DNA of 64,000 nucleotides from Takakia lepidozioides. Lineage: Eukaryota > Plantae > Bryophyta. The position numbers were made by a program, and so were the translations under genes. The notes beneath the pieces are model-generated. The model saw nothing but the letters and a program-made list of their open reading frames with translations, did no database searches and was not told the DNA's origin. Location: contig CM060731.1 in NCBI GenBank assembly GCA_030704615.1, positions 30,442,001-30,506,000 on the forward strand. The letters are read 5' to 3'. Positions 38,618 through 53,280 of the stretch are shown one piece after another; position 1 is the stretch's first letter; each line of letters opens with the position of its first letter.

Positions 38618-40687
38618 TGACCCCCAAGGGCTACTGCATTCCAGAACTTGCCCTAATAATAACTTGGTGACAATCATATTGTGTTCACGTGTTTATTTTC
38701 TCTTATCATAATTTCTACAAATAATTAATAAGATACCGTTGAGTGCTATTCACTCATTTCCACTTTTTTATTTTTGAAGAATCTGATGTTAATGGTATCG
38801 TCATACATTCAGGAGGTCTCATACGACGGCGGCATTTCTGTGTTTCTGACCAAATCTGGCATGACGGCTGAAGTGGGACTTGTGTCTGGAAATATCTCAG
38901 TACCTCCAATTCCATTGAGACTGCATGTTTAGAGATTCAGTAGGGTGCAGGGCCCTTTCATTTTGACCTAAATACAGACCATCAACACTTCAAATAGAGC
39001 CCACTCCATATAATGAGTTACACTATGGCCCTAGTCTAGGATATTGTTCCATAAGCTTAGCCATAGAAAGGCTTGACCCGGGCGAGTGCAAACTGCAAAC
39101 CAATTCTATATAGATATAAAGGATAATTACTGCTCTGAGTTCGCAACATGAATAATAAACGTGTATACGGTCACACCGACCAAAATCTTATCCTGGACTA
39201 TTTGTTCAACAATTTTAATTATTCCTTCCAGAATTTATATGCATTTCTAGCTAGGTTTTGACATTTATGAATACATCATGTTGAAAATCAATATACAATG
39301 TCGCCATTTTTGACACTGATCCGTGCTCCTCCTCTTTAGATTAAAGAGGAACCATTTTCTAACCAATTAATTACTGGATAACTTATTATTACATATTACC
39401 ACTCATTAGATTCCACATGATCGGATGACTTCACAACTCTAATACTTAAGGGAAACAGACCTTGTTCAAACTTAACTGAACGGCCAACCGCAGCCGGTTA
39501 CAACTGGCGACGGCCGGGGTCAAGCAGTATTTATGCTATCTTTAGTTTCTGGACAGTCAAGTCATCATCTCATATCCTTTGGATAATATATATTTTTTTT
39601 CACACCTATGCTTACCCTAACTTTTGCCCAAATATCTTTTAGTGTTGTAAATGTCTATTAGAGGCCACTCGGAGAAGCGCCCCCGTAATTGACCAACCAA
39701 CTGGCAAGTTCATCTTCCAACAACTAGAACATAGAGGAAAAGAGCGAATCCAAGCGTATGATGTAAACTTAGAGCATCCCCAGGGGGGCTGCTATCAGCC
39801 ACGGAAGCGGCAAACTTCCGTGTAAGAGAGAAAAAACACAAAAACCATGCCCCACCGCTGCACGTTACAACGCGCGGTAACGTTCCGTGCTCTCCAAATT
39901 GGCTGCGGACCCTGAACATCGCCGTGTCCTTCCGGCGTTATGGCTCAGGCAAGTCAACGTCAGACGAGTCCAGCGCGCATCTGGAGTAAGGCGATCATCC
40001 CAGGCGATCGTCCCACACGTGAGACTCTGGCGATCCAGAGGTTGAGCGGGAGGGTGGCGTGAGGTTTGCCGTGCAACCGGTGGGGAGCAATCCAGCTGCA
40101 GGCACCCCCATCTTCTTGAGCACTTTGCACATGCCTCAATAAAAGGCACTTGATGTAGCCTACCCTTATACCGAGCCACCGGTGGGGATGGACCCTTGAT
40201 ATGCAAACCCTTCAATGTACTGTTGATTAAGGGTGAAGATTTGTGCTAACGGGTTATTTGTCTTTATTCTGGCTGTATACTTAACCTTAGCAAATCTGCA
40301 AATTAGAAATGGGTCTGTGTAAAAAGAACAAAGAAAAAAAGGGATCTGTGTTTCCTGTCTCATAGGCTGATGTGCACATGAATTCAAACTTATGAATGGT
40401 TGTGTTTGAAAACATGATTAGTGAAATTCTTTGCTACTAGGTACCTTCCACACTAATTAAGGTACACTAATTCCAGATCTGTTTTGTTTCTTTCTTTTCT
40501 CCAAAGGGAAATACCAGGGAGCGACCACTGCACTCGATCACAAATCAGGCCCCTTACTTAATTATAGTGAGAGGAGAAAATACCATCTTTCAAAGTAACC
40601 TCGCTACGAGAGGCGCCGAGCACAAAACTCAAGGGGCAAGAGAAGGGGCAGAAGATTATAAGATTATAGCACAACCCAACAAGGTAG

Positions 40688-40744
40688 CAGGATTTGAACC
40701 CAGAATCACTTGGGTGGCACTCAGTGCACTATTTAACAGAGCTA
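40688..40744 (-). mobile_element. tRNA-derived SINE-like head
   Basis: Minus strand TAGCTCTGTTAA.. and GGTTCAAATCC B box. Confidence 0.3.
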
Positions 40745-41640
40745 CTGACTGGTGATTATACTGTAAAATGCAGAAACATAGAAGCCTAGATTTTAATTGG
40801 CCCTGCCTTCTTTATTGGGATCAGGAGTCTCCAGGTTTGAGAAATTTTCATGGAGCCATTCAATGATGGAAAGGTATTGGATGAAGTACGTGGCTGAAAT
40901 ATGTAGATGAAGTATGTAGATGATGTTCTCAATTTTCATTCACATTCCTGTGCTGACCACACATAGTTTCCATTCATAAGTACAAATGCAGGACTAAGGA
41001 CCTAAGGTTGGAGAATAGGTAAAGGGTTTCTGGAGGGTGTTCCTGATTCTAAAAATTAAAATCAAGACATGTGTAGAAAGAATATTCCATCTATATATAG
41101 ATGAAATGTGTAAATAGGGTGTAGTTCATCCGGTCAAGTTGGTGCATGTGGTCAAGTACAATAGTGCAAATTTAGGGTTTCATCCAGCACAAGACTTTCT
41201 ATACAAAGGTGCCACCTGGATTAGTGTGTAGAATTTGGGATCTGTTTACAACCAATTACATTTTATACAACAAGGCAGGGCTGCAGGGCTTGCATGAATC
41301 CCATGCATTTGCTTTTTACAAAATCCACTATTACAATGAAGAGGGAAAGAAAAAACCCAGAGAGGCAATACACCCACAGGGTGAGGGACAAGCCAGACAG
41401 AACAAAGAGAGAGACCAGCACTAGCAGAGACCCGGTGATTGCAACCAGAAGCACAAGGCTGCAAGAGCCAGAGGAACAGGGGCAGGGACGAGTAGAGTAC
41501 CAGTGTCAACTTGACCCCAAAAAATTGTTATCACTGAATGTCCCAAGACAAAACCCCACGCAATTAATTTGAGTACAGGCCAGAGTGCGTAAAAATATGT
41601 CAATATTGGTTCCAGATTCTAACCACAATACGGAACTAGA

Positions 41641-44600
41641 TTACTCAGGCTTCACCGATGGCTGAGTGGTAGTCAAATAGGGGTCTCTCCCATAATTGGA
41701 GTATGGGTTAAGATCAAGTGCTGCTTTGGCAATGGCACCGTCTTGATGAATTCTCTCCACCAGGGCATCCAGAGATGGAAAATTTGCCTGTAGAATTGTA
41801 AAGCCAGTGAGTATGGTAGCACAAGTTATCTGATGAATATACTCTCCATCCCCAAAAATACTTTCATGCAACATTGAGTTCATGCTCTTTGGCTGAAATA
41901 TGTCTTAGAATGTCTGAAGTTTGTAAGACTGCGAATAAGTACATATTCCTTTAAACATCATGATGGAAATGGTATTACCTCAGGGCGGATATAACCAACT
42001 ACAATGAGCCGCAATTCCTCTCCATAAAAGTCTTCCGGAAAATCATGGAGCAGCCATGACTCCTGGCAACCCAACCCCTCAAAGTCCATCATCAGCCCAA
42101 TATTGTAGGATAGCGTTCCTGATAGCAGTTAGCAATTTTGCAACAATGAGGTAGAGAGAGAAATACAGAAAGAAATAGGGCATGTACGAGAGAGAGCAAG
42201 AGGAGACATCTGATGGAGAGAAATAGAGCACCCTCTGACACCCACCACAGTTTTTTCGGCATTGTTGAAATACGGGTTCCATCCTACGCTCATCACCATC
42301 TTGTATATCCCTCGGTTTGAAAGACCCGCCCACCCTAAGTAGATTCCACACACATGCTCTGCTAGTTGGTTTGAAAAAGCAGCAGTAGGTAGATTAGCTG
42401 CACAAGGAATGGTCAGCAAGAAGAAAATTCCCAGTTAGACACTGCCAAAACATCTAACTGACTATTAGAGTAATGACTTAAATCATTTGAGAGAGCATAT
42501 TAATTTGTGCTTGAGGTTAAGAGAACAGATCTTCCACTCTGACCAACCTGCACTAACAAGTCACGGACTGTCTGGTAAGACCCACTTACCAGGAAGAGAA
42601 CAACACTCCAATACTATCGCAACAAGACTGAAGGTTTGAACTGTTGGCTAAAAAACTGTTTTCCTCGAACATCATTATTGAACCATTAAGAGAACCTTTC
42701 TTGAAATTTAATCTCTAACCAAATGCCCTATGCCTTCTTTGTGAGGCCAAGGAGTGACTGACTGTCTCATAAATTCTACTCAAACCATAAGATTTCAAAT
42801 ATAGCAAACTCCAGCAGTGCTTGCTGCATGATAGTGGGAAGGCAGGGAAAATGCAAAGGGGACATCATGCAGCAGGATTTGTGCACAGCCACTTACATTG
42901 ACATACCAGTGGGTATTCCGAGGATCTTGGAGCCACGGCCATAGCCTTTGATCACCAGGCCACTCATGTACCATGGGTCAATGGGTAGCGCACCACTGAC
43001 CCCTGCAGACACAGATTTTACAATGGTCGAAGTCAAGTTATTGGGAGTCACTTGCTTTCTCAAAATCGCAACACTTCCAGGTATGTGTCCGCCCTACCAT
43101 TGATAGGACTTAGGAATTTTATGAAGAAAGAAGAGACACTTACAGTCTTCGAACGGAGGCAAACCCCAGAGCTCAGGCTTCACATCCAGTAGAGAGCTGA
43201 AAACATGATCTGCTGCAGAGTACAGAGGGCGGGACTCCTTTGAAGGTAGTGAGGGAACAGCAACTACCTGCATTCCCGCAGCCTTGCCTGCAATCACACC
43301 TACCCTGCTCCAATCCACAACCACACTATCACTCAATTCCTCTGGTTATGGATGGATTGTTTCTATGGGTCTAAGATTGAGTTTCTCCCATCGGAGTAGC
43401 CAGCTAGGTTGGAAAGCACCACAACATATGGTCCTTCCATAATTGTGAGTACTCAGGTTACTCAGGCTACTCAGGATAGATTTCAGAATATTGGAAACGT
43501 GTCCTCAATACATGTTCAACTGAACCGCAACCTGTGAGGTTGTTTGACATTTGAAGATATTGCACCAGTATTAATGTAGAAACCAGTTGTTTACTGGGCT
43601 GTTGATCCTAACCACTGTAACTGAGGCTGGTCAACTACTTTCGGCATTCCAGTTTGAACCACCACATGACAAGGTCATGTGTGAACATTGCTGCTGACTA
43701 TTTGCTTCGCCACAGCCTTAAGCTGGTTCCACATCCACCACCATATTCTATGATTAGGTACAAGCTGGTATGACAAGCCTTATGGCAGCAGATTTAATAC
43801 TGCCTCAGCAAATCTACAAACTAGAGTTCTAATAAAACAATGTTTAATGCAGCGTTGGAGAGACTGTCGACAGCAAAGCTTACGGGGCATCTTCGAAGAC
43901 AAGGCACTTGCTTGGTTCTGCATTCAATTGTTTGGCAGCTTCCAAAAATCTGTCAAGTACCCAACCAAGGAAGGAATTTAGGCCTTGACAGTACATCTTA
44001 CTCGACCCAACCAATGATTTCATCGTGACAAACCTAAATAATTCTGTGATAAGGTTTTGTAAAATTACACTACACCAGGTATGTGCCCCCACTGACCTGG
44101 TAACCAGGAATCACAAGCAAGATATTTGCAAGCAGGTACAACTAAAGGGTGCGGAGAGTAGCTCACATGTCAGGGGCTGGCTTTCCCTGTTTTACCTCAT
44201 CGCCAGCAACCACCACACTGAATGATTCTGCCCAACCTGAAACATGAGCAACTACTTTAAACCTTTCTGGGTGTATGTGTTTGCAACGCCAGCTGTAAGA
44301 TATGTGGCAAATAGATAATACCGTGTACTACACATGCTGAAAATTCATGGAGACCAAGAGCTCAGAAATCTTCCAACCCATGTAAAAAATAGATAAAAAT
44401 CTACCAGTAGGCATTGGCAGGTAGTATGATCTATATAAGGTCAGCATCGGAAAACACACCAGCTTGATAAGAAAGCTTTGCTTTTATGTTCTTTGAGGGA
44501 GAGCTTGAAGCTATGGCGGTGGGAACACCATGGGCATGGAGATGCTTAACAAGGCGCCCGGCGCCCGGCAATGGTCTGGCAGTAGCCCACCTGCAGTTCA

Positions 44601-45507
44601 AATCTGCCAAGCCGTTACCCCTACTGGTATTTGTGAAAAGCAAGGTAAGAGGTGCCACCTTGAGGTCCCCCTACTAACCTGCTCTGAAGTCAAGTTAAAA
44701 CTTCCTCGAATTGAATTCATTAAAACACATAGTCATCAATTCCTGAAATTTAATTTTTGTGAGATAGGGGACAAAATCAATGCATGATAACATGTTATCT
44801 AAAAGGTTCCTCTTAGCTGCCTATGGAGGGCTTCAGTGTTGCATGCCTGCCTTGAAGCAAAGCCAAAGCCTGGGAATTGAGCTCTTCAGGAGTGCAAGGC
44901 AAGCCATACTGCTCAATGAGAGCAGCAGCTGCTTCCAAAGGCCGCTTCCCTAACCGCTTGTCTGCGCCTCTTCCATCCCAGTGCTTGCCAAATTGTGCTA
45001 CTATTTCCTGTAAAACTTCATCCACCAATCTTTCTGCACATCCGCAAAACACCCATGCTCTTGAACCCACCCTCAAGGTACAAAGCCCCAAGTTGTATTC
45101 AATACCGACTACTCATACCTGATCGAGTATTAGAGTGTCTGGTTTCCTATTTTCATAAAACCAAAAAAACCTCAAACATGTGCCCATAAGATCACACCTG
45201 TCTCTGTAGGGCACTAATAGTCCTTGTGTTGCCAAGTGGAGATAGTAGCAAACATCTAGACACCACACAACCATAGATCCAAGTCCACGACAGTAACATA
45301 TCACTATCCCCAGCCTATCAGCTTGCTTCTTATCCACCTATTTACATGGCCCCAGGTCCCCATAGCAGTGCCCGCAAGGAGAGTGGTGTAATCACACATA
45401 CCAGTGTCAAGTAGGGTGCCGTCGAGGTCAAGAATGATGTGAGAAATAGAATGCATGGTGGCGGCATGCCCTACCTGGGGCTCCTGCCTCACTGCATCAC
45501 CCACCAT
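41641..45507 (-). CDS. FHY: Bifunctional HAD-type FMN phosphatase / riboflavin kinase, 10 exons
   Basis: ILDLDGTLLDT, PLPGAGRLVKHL, GKPAPD, CLVFEDAP (HAD); GYGRGSKILGIPTANL, MSVGWNPYFNN, ESWLLHDFPEDFYGEELRLIVVGYIRPEANF (RFK). Start may be further upstream (in-frame ATG at 45684). Confidence 0.95.
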
Positions 45508-47458
45508 GGCCAAAAGATTGAAGCTCCTCAAGCTTAAAAATGATCTCTCGGAGCTTGGCTGCTTCTGCTCCAATCCCCTGGTCACTCCCTTCCCCTGCTC
45601 CTGACCAACCAGGTTGTTTCCCATCAGACCGCTAGCCCAGCATTGCCCCAGGTAGGTTCTTAAGGATCTCAGCTGTTCGTTCATGAGTAAGCCCGCTGCT
45701 CAGAGCTGCTTGCAAAGTACTTTGGGAGCAACTGGTTGCAGACACATAACTCCTGAATGACTCTGGACTCAAGAGGGAACACAAGTTATATGGAGTGGCA
45801 ACAGCCCCACCAAGCAAGGAGATTCTGTCTCCAAATGCAGATTTTGGGGAGGGTCGGCACGGTGCCTATCTATGAGATATTGTGAACCAGGTTCAAATAA
45901 TCCCACACTAATAATAACGGATGGTCATGTCTGGACATCTAATTCGGTCGCAATTTTCATATATCAAGTCTGCATTTCCTGATACAGGTACATGAGAAGT
46001 TGATCCAAATCCACACAGAAAGATGTAGCATGGAGGCTTGTTTAGAGCTGAGGGTAATAATTCCCAAATTCATACCCTGAGAAGGCAACAAATGTGAGTG
46101 GTATTATGGAATTTGTGTGATTAGGAGGTTGTCCCCCTTAGGCTCATTCACGCCAACAACACCGAAAGCGAAGCAACTGAAGAAACACGCACATGCCTCA
46201 CACGAACAGAGGAACGAACAATCTATTCTTGTCTAAATCCAGTGGCCCACCTGCCGCATCAGGGTTTGAGTATGTCTGGTTGTTGTGAAGAAACACGGGC
46301 ATGTCGTAGCAGATTTCGTACTTCTACAACGTGCACAATTGCACACATGGGAGCACATCTACACTGGAGCTAGAAGTAGATGATGCTATAACCCACACAG
46401 CAGTCTGATGAGTTTCTTGGATACGCATAGGAGCTAACACACAGATTACAGGAGGGGTTCGGACCTCTTCTGGACTTGTCATAAGTAGATTGCAGATAGT
46501 TTGAGAGCCATGCACTGAATGAACCGGCCTCATCAAATTGAGACCTTCCTAAAAGTGCACTCACACCCTACCTTTTGGCAAAATAAAATGCTGTTGAATG
46601 CCGCTCTAGCTCGCTATCCCATCCCTAAACTGTGATAGATCGATGCAGGTCTCCCATTTCAGCCTTAAATCAGCTGAACGCAGACGTTCGTACAACCAAG
46701 GAGAACAACGGAAGCAGGAAAATTAGAGATGGACTGGGTCCAGAGTGAGAAAGATGTACCTGTAATCACGGATTTGCGGGGTGAGAGACAGGAGAAAAAA
46801 CCACACCAACAACCCCAGTTTCAGATGGGTTGTCTAGTCTGGATTGTATCATGACGAGAACCCCAATTTTCTAACCATCGTACCGAAGATGTGAAGAAAT
46901 TATTTCCCTCAACCTTGCGTGAAACTTCTTCAAGCATGCGTTCCTCACAAAGCGCGAGCCTATTGTGTGGCATATCCGGGGAATACTCGGGGGTCGTGAC
47001 ATTTGGACCAATGTAAATCGATGCCTGCATTCGCTTTGGACATGCTCGACCCCACCAACGGTCGGGCTAAAGCTTGCCTCTTATGCGAAGATCCTGCAGT
47101 CGGATTGTTTATACAGAGGTCTGTGGTGTGGATCTTCCGCTAGATTAATGTTTACCCACAGGTCTGAGGTTTTATACGATGGATAGTAGTTCCGTCTCGT
47201 TGTTCGAGTCATATGAGCATATTCTGTATCTTCTCTTTAGCTTCCGTAAAGCTCTTCATGCGCAGTTCTCGTGGGCTGGTACTCTCCACTCATCTCTCGG
47301 ACACTAGTGTATTGCAGCAGCTTCAACAGCTGCGAGTTAGTGTTTTCTGATGCTCAGATGAGCTGTGTATCTCTTATTTTTCCGAACTTTTAAGAAAATA
47401 TGGTGTTTTAGGAGCTGTTTGGGACTCTGTCCAGTGGGGTCGTCTTTATCCAGCTTCC

Positions 47459-50400
47459 ATGGCGGGAGGAGGCAGAGGGTATTGCAGGGAGAGGGGTTTT
47501 AGGGTAAAACTCACAGAAACGAGTACATGGGGAGCACTGTTGTGTGCAATTCTATTTTGTTCTGGTTGGATCAGGGGTGCAGATGCTTTCAAGGCTCTTA
47601 TTAGGCCCCACGATGTGATTTCAGTTCTGCCTCATTCGGTTTCGTGGCCAGTGCTCAACACCCTACACAACGCAGTTGATTTGCTACCACAGTTTGTTGG
47701 CGCAGTTTCTTCAGAGAGTGACGATGTGACTTGGAAAGGTACATGCTTTGCCAGCAATGAGGCCTACTTGGAGTACACAGAGCCCAAAGAGGAAGGCAAG
47801 AGAGGTGGCGGTATTGTTCACATAAAGGTGTGCTCATTTCCTTGGGAGTCTCATCAATTCTGTGGGGGTATCTCTAGCTAAAAAGTGGGGCTCATGTGGA
47901 GGTGCCTGGCTAAATTTTCTCTCCACTATATTAGAACAGAGTTCATTTTTCTGGGCTCGTTTTGAATGGAGATCAGTCTTAAACCAAATTTCTGGAAGAG
48001 AAGGGGAGATGACAATGGGATCACGATGTGTTTGAATTCTATGTTGGTGTGGTTTAGTTTGATCACCGGTAGGAAAGCCCGTGTTGTGAGTTCGAGTAAT
48101 GAGACAAGTGGATACTTTTCAGCGCTTGAGTTTCCGCAGGTCGCCTAAATTTCTTGGTTGTGATGGACTTGTTGATCTTGTGGTCTGGTGTTTCGTTGGC
48201 AATCTATTCAATAGGTTTTCTGCTAGATTATTGTGGGGTATGTGGTGGCAGACGAGCAATGCGCACAGCTGGACCTGCATGGACATCTATGTGTTCGCAA
48301 CCCCCTATCGAGTGACATGGGACTACTACTTCACTGCTCGCAAGCACACGCTGGAGATTGAAGAGTGGGAGGAAGGGGAACTTGCTTATGTAAGCTCTTC
48401 ACCATACATGCACGCACATTCCGTTCTGGAGTGAATCTTGGCTTGAAAACTGATGACATAGCACATAGCTCTGTTTTGGAAAACTCGCAAGGAAGCACAA
48501 TTTTCACCACAGGTACCCTTGAAACTCCAGTCCATTGCTCTCTTGTTCTCTCTTACTACTACACGGACTGCCTTTGACTTGGGAGTGCTGAGTAGGTGAG
48601 TGCACAGCACAGACAGCTCTTGAATTGTTACATGTCACTCTCAACTCATTATTGGGGGATTGTCTGCGGGAGGGGCTTACCAGGTGAAAAGCAAGGGGTT
48701 CTCCATATTCCTAATGCCAGCTGGTATGCTAGGCACGTTGCTAGCCATGTGGGATGTGCTACCCATCTTCACAAATACAGGGTGGGGTGAGAGTGCCAAC
48801 ATTGCATTTCTCAAGAAGCATATGGGCGCAGAGCTTATCAAGCGCCCACAACCATGGGCGACGAACATTAGTACAGCGGACATTCACTCGGGGGATTTTT
48901 TGGCACTCTCAAAGATTCGAGGTCGATGGGGAGGTTTTGAGACACTCGAGAAATGGGTGACTGGTGCATATGCCGGCCACACTGCAGTTTGCTTGCGGGA
49001 TGAGCAGGACAACCTCTGGGTTGGAGAATCTGGTCATCAAAATGAAGTGGTAACATTCCCCTGTTTCCTGGATCTCTATTCGGGTCTACTATTACATGCA
49101 AGTGTGCCAGGCTTTTTGATTCGTTATTGACTTTTGAATTTTTCGCAATTAAGGAATGGTTTGGGAGCCCCATAAAGATTAAAACGACAGTATGGACTTC
49201 AACTGGACCCATCCTATTCACAGGACCTCCTTCATTGCACGCTTAGGGGCTGCATAGAGATGCAAAGCAAGGTTTCTGAACTGCTCCTGGAGGTAAGCCA
49301 TTGCATTTTTCTATAATTTTGTGGCATGTTGTACACTGATTCCATTCTGAGTATCCTCAGTGGTTCTGAAATGCCTACAGTGCAACCACATCTACTCCAG
49401 CAGATTTTGGATATAGGTCTTGTGTCTTGTGTTGCTGATATTTGTCCTCCATTTTGGCAGGGGGATGAGATAATATTGGTAATGCCCTGGGACAATTGGT
49501 GGGAACAGCAGCTTACGGATGTTGCAGACCCCCATATTGCACTGCTGCCACTTCATCCTGATCTGCAAGCTAGGTTCAATTTAACAGGTGCCTGGGAATA
49601 TGTGCGCAGCATGAATGGAAGTGCCTATGGATACCACAACATGATCTTTAGCTGGATTGATACCCTCAACGACAACTACCCTCCTCCCCTTGATACCAAT
49701 CTGGTGAGTAATGCTAGAGCTCTTGCCATTTCCTTCCTTTTCTGTTACCCTGCTTGCTTTCCTCAATGTTGTTCCATCTTAATTGAAGATGAAAGCAAGG
49801 CATGTGAGGGTTGCATTCTGTGCACGTGAAAGTATTACGCTTTCTTAGGCTACCTGCTGTCACCATGAGATTGGAAATGCACCATTCAGGTTGTAAGGTG
49901 AGGGTTTTGAATGAATGGTCCCACACATGAGGCTACTATGCAAGGCATTTTTCATATTGAATCCGCTGTTTACTTCCAATTGCATTCTGGCATTGACCCA
50001 GGTCCATGTTTCTGGTAATGACCAGCTGTGGAATGTTGCTGTTAAGGCCCCAAAAGTACTGCAGGAGGTGTAGCAACCATTGGCTGTGGAGGTGTTTTAA
50101 CTCAAAACATTGACTAGTCTGTCTCAAACCCTGTATGCAGCATTAGTCTTTCTTAGCTTCAAGCTGGTACTGGCAAATGTTGTGGCAGGTGGCCTCAGTG
50201 TTAACCATGTGGACACGGCTACAGCCAGACTATGCTGCGAATATGTGGAATGAAGCTCTCAACAAGCGTCTAGGTACTGAGGTAACTGCAGCGCCCCTGG
50301 CCTGAAATCTCTGTCTTGTCTGTGCCTCTGAGAAAGGCTTAGGGACACATGACGTAGTTAAGGTAGAGGCCTTAAGGAATGTGAAGACAAGCCCTCAAAT

Positions 50401-51399
50401 AACACGCAATCCCCTGTTTTCAAATATTATAACGGTCTCTAGTTCTCTCTGCAGCTTGCACAGGGCGCAACCAGGAAATTGAAATGGAAGAACACTTCTT
50501 CTTCTATTGCCCTCTATACTATGAGATCCGTGGGAGATTCCACTGTCTATTCCGTGGAACCTAATCTCTCACTGAAGTCTTTCACTATGAAGATCAGAAA
50601 TGCTTGGCAGCTTACCTGCACGAGGCACTCACCCTTAGACAATCACTTGAACAATAGTTTTTATTTCTGGCTCTGGGGGTTTTTTGTTTCCTCTCATGTT
50701 TTCTTCCATTTTGTCCCATAAGCTCTGTGAGCTTTCCGCAGGCGTTATAAAGCACCATTTCATTTCATTTATACCCATACTCTGGTAGCATGATCCTTAC
50801 TGAAATATTACTTCTAAGCTTCATATTTCTTCCAGGTGGTGTCAGAGGGGATGTCTCATCAGTATACTTCGTTTTCTCTTGATTTAAGCAGGGTTTGGAC
50901 TTGCCTAGTGTGATGATTGAGTCTGAAAATCGAGGAATTCCATTTGGAGACTTACTGGCTATTCCGGAGATGGACGATTGGGAATACAGCGACGGGTTTT
51001 CTACTTCATGTGTAGCATTCGTACTTATGCTTTATAAGAAAGCTGGTCTGTTTGGATCACTCTCCAACTCCATCCAAGTTACAGAATTCACGGCAAGTCT
51101 CTTCTCCCTATCTCTGTTTTGTATATCTTTTTTTTTCTTATCATTCAACAGGAATGAATGTGGGTGTCCTATGGAATTCTTTGCAGATAAGAGATGCATA
51201 CATGCTGAAGTTTTTCGAGGATGATGTGTCAAGGCTGCCAAGCTGGTGCAATGGCAATGGGACTTCTCTCCCCTTCTGCCAGATCCTGGGAGAGTATGAA
51301 ATGGAGTTGCCAGATTACAACAGTATCACACCCTATGCCCACATGGACGAAACTTGCCCAAGCTTGCCTCCAGCATACGAGAGGCCAACTAACTGTTAA
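47459..51399 (+). CDS. Conserved uncharacterised plant protein (At1g70160/At4g27020/At5g54870-like), 7 exons
   Basis: N-terminal hydrophobic segment; AHSWTCMDIYVFATPYRVTWDYYF, HSGDFLALSKIRGRWGGFETLEKWVTGAYAGHTAV, YGYHNMIFSWIDT, TSCVAFV, CQILGEY; exons approx 47459-47827, 48252-48388, 48684-49028, 49461-49703, 50189-50281, 50892-51092, 51187-51399. Confidence 0.88.
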
Positions 51400-52899
51400 C
51401 CATAGTTGGACTATAGATGAGACGCCAGGCCACTAATGAGGAGTTGAACACTGACATATGGTTGATCAACACATGTTGTACATATCCTGTACACCCTTGT
51501 AAGATTACAGCTCAGCACATGAAAAAAGGTACACATTAAAGTACTCCTGGACAGTTATGAGACATTAGATAGAGAATGGATAGACTTTTGTCTCTCTGCT
51601 CAGAACTGTACTTTCTTACATTTGAGAGTGGTGCAAATTGCATCCTTGTATGAGGATGTTACTAAATTTAAAGGCAGATATGGCCTGCCGAATAGTGATG
51701 GCTCAGCACATCGACTTCAAATGCCGGATGTTGAGATGGGCCTTCAATGTTATACTAGAAATCAGAACGGTTTTGGACATTGGCTATTGCTGATTTGTAT
51801 GTTAAAGATTTCATGATCTTCAGTGTCAAGAAGTCCTTTCATATCGGTACCAGTGTTGGGCTGGTATAATAGTTTCAGCACACCCACAGGTTCCGGTTAT
51901 ACCCTGACTTTAGGAGTTTGTATGCCCTCCATCTGTGCGTACTAAAAACGACAGGTCTGGGTATGCATCCAGTTAATGATTTTGGGGGCTGGTATTGGTG
52001 GGTATCAGCAAGGTAGCACTAGGATATTGGCGGGTATCAGGCCAGGTATAGAATCTTCTTTTCACATCTTCATACCTGCTAGTTCTCCATCTATGCTAGC
52101 TTGTGATTGGTTCTCTTTTTGGACATGAATATGTAAGAAGAAAGATGAAGAAGAAGACTCCAGCTGAAGCTGCCGTAACTAAGAGCCACTTTGTGGCTAC
52201 GGCATCCTTTCGGGTGAGGCAGTACCATTGCAAAGTGGCAATTCAGCAGACTCTTAGGCTTTTCTCTGTGGTGGAGCTGCATCCTTGGGTGGGAATTGCC
52301 CTTCCAATTCTCTGTCCCAGATTCCCTTACCTACTCTCCCTCCCTCTGTCTCCGCAGATGGTTGTTGCCTCATCATTCTTGTAAGTGCTGCAGTGGCTTA
52401 GGATTATGCTCTTGAGCTGTACTTGCTCTGGCTGAAAACTATACCACGGCAAGTAAGGTTCGATAACAAGGTTACAGAAACTCCTTGTTGCAGGGAGTAA
52501 TCAAAGAGACCACAGTAGATATAATAACCCGAGATATACTCCCTAGATCCCTGGCTACACCATAAATTACATGTGCTACAGAAACCATGTGCTCATTTGA
52601 CATCCCAATAATCAACCCAAGGCAGAAAAGAAAGAATGTGATGCATTAGATCAAGACTTCAAACTATATGTACAATCTTTCAAGAAGAGTAAGGACGCTA
52701 GTTTCAATCTGCGATAACACCAATTCTCTTCATGTAAAATTTGAACTAACAGCCGCAACTGGATTGTTGTGAAACAAGATGGGAAATTCACTCCAAGAAC
52801 ATCGAGCGTGATTGAAGGAAATCAATGAGCACATATAGAGAACTTATCCTATTGAGGAACGAATCTGTTGAGTGAGTCATAGTGCTCTTCAGGTAAAAA

Positions 52900-53280
52900 T
52901 CCATCCTTGCAATGGCTGGAGGAGCATGCGTTGACGCAAACATCTCCCGGTCCTCGCAATGACGAAAAAACAAAAACAAAAACAATTTGTTTTTAATTTT
53001 TTGTAGGCAGGTATGTCCATCCTTGCAATGGTTGGAGGAGCATATTATGCTTTGCGTTGACGCATCTCCCAGCCCTCGCAATGACGGGGTTGGGTGGGGG
53101 GAATGCTTGGTGTCCATCCTTGCAATGGGTGGAAGAGCAAACTATGCTATGCATCCGTTTACCAGCCCTCGCAATGCCGGGAAAATAATAATAATAATAA
53201 TAATAAGTTTTGGGGGGGCAAGTGTGTTAATCCTTGCAATGGTTGGAGGAGAAAATTATGCTTGCGTTGACGCAAGCATC
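52900..53280 (+). repeat. Four degenerate ~110-bp tandem units
   Basis: ATCCTTGCAATGG..GGAG..GCGTTGACGCA at ~52902, 53019, 53116, 53230. Confidence 0.7.
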
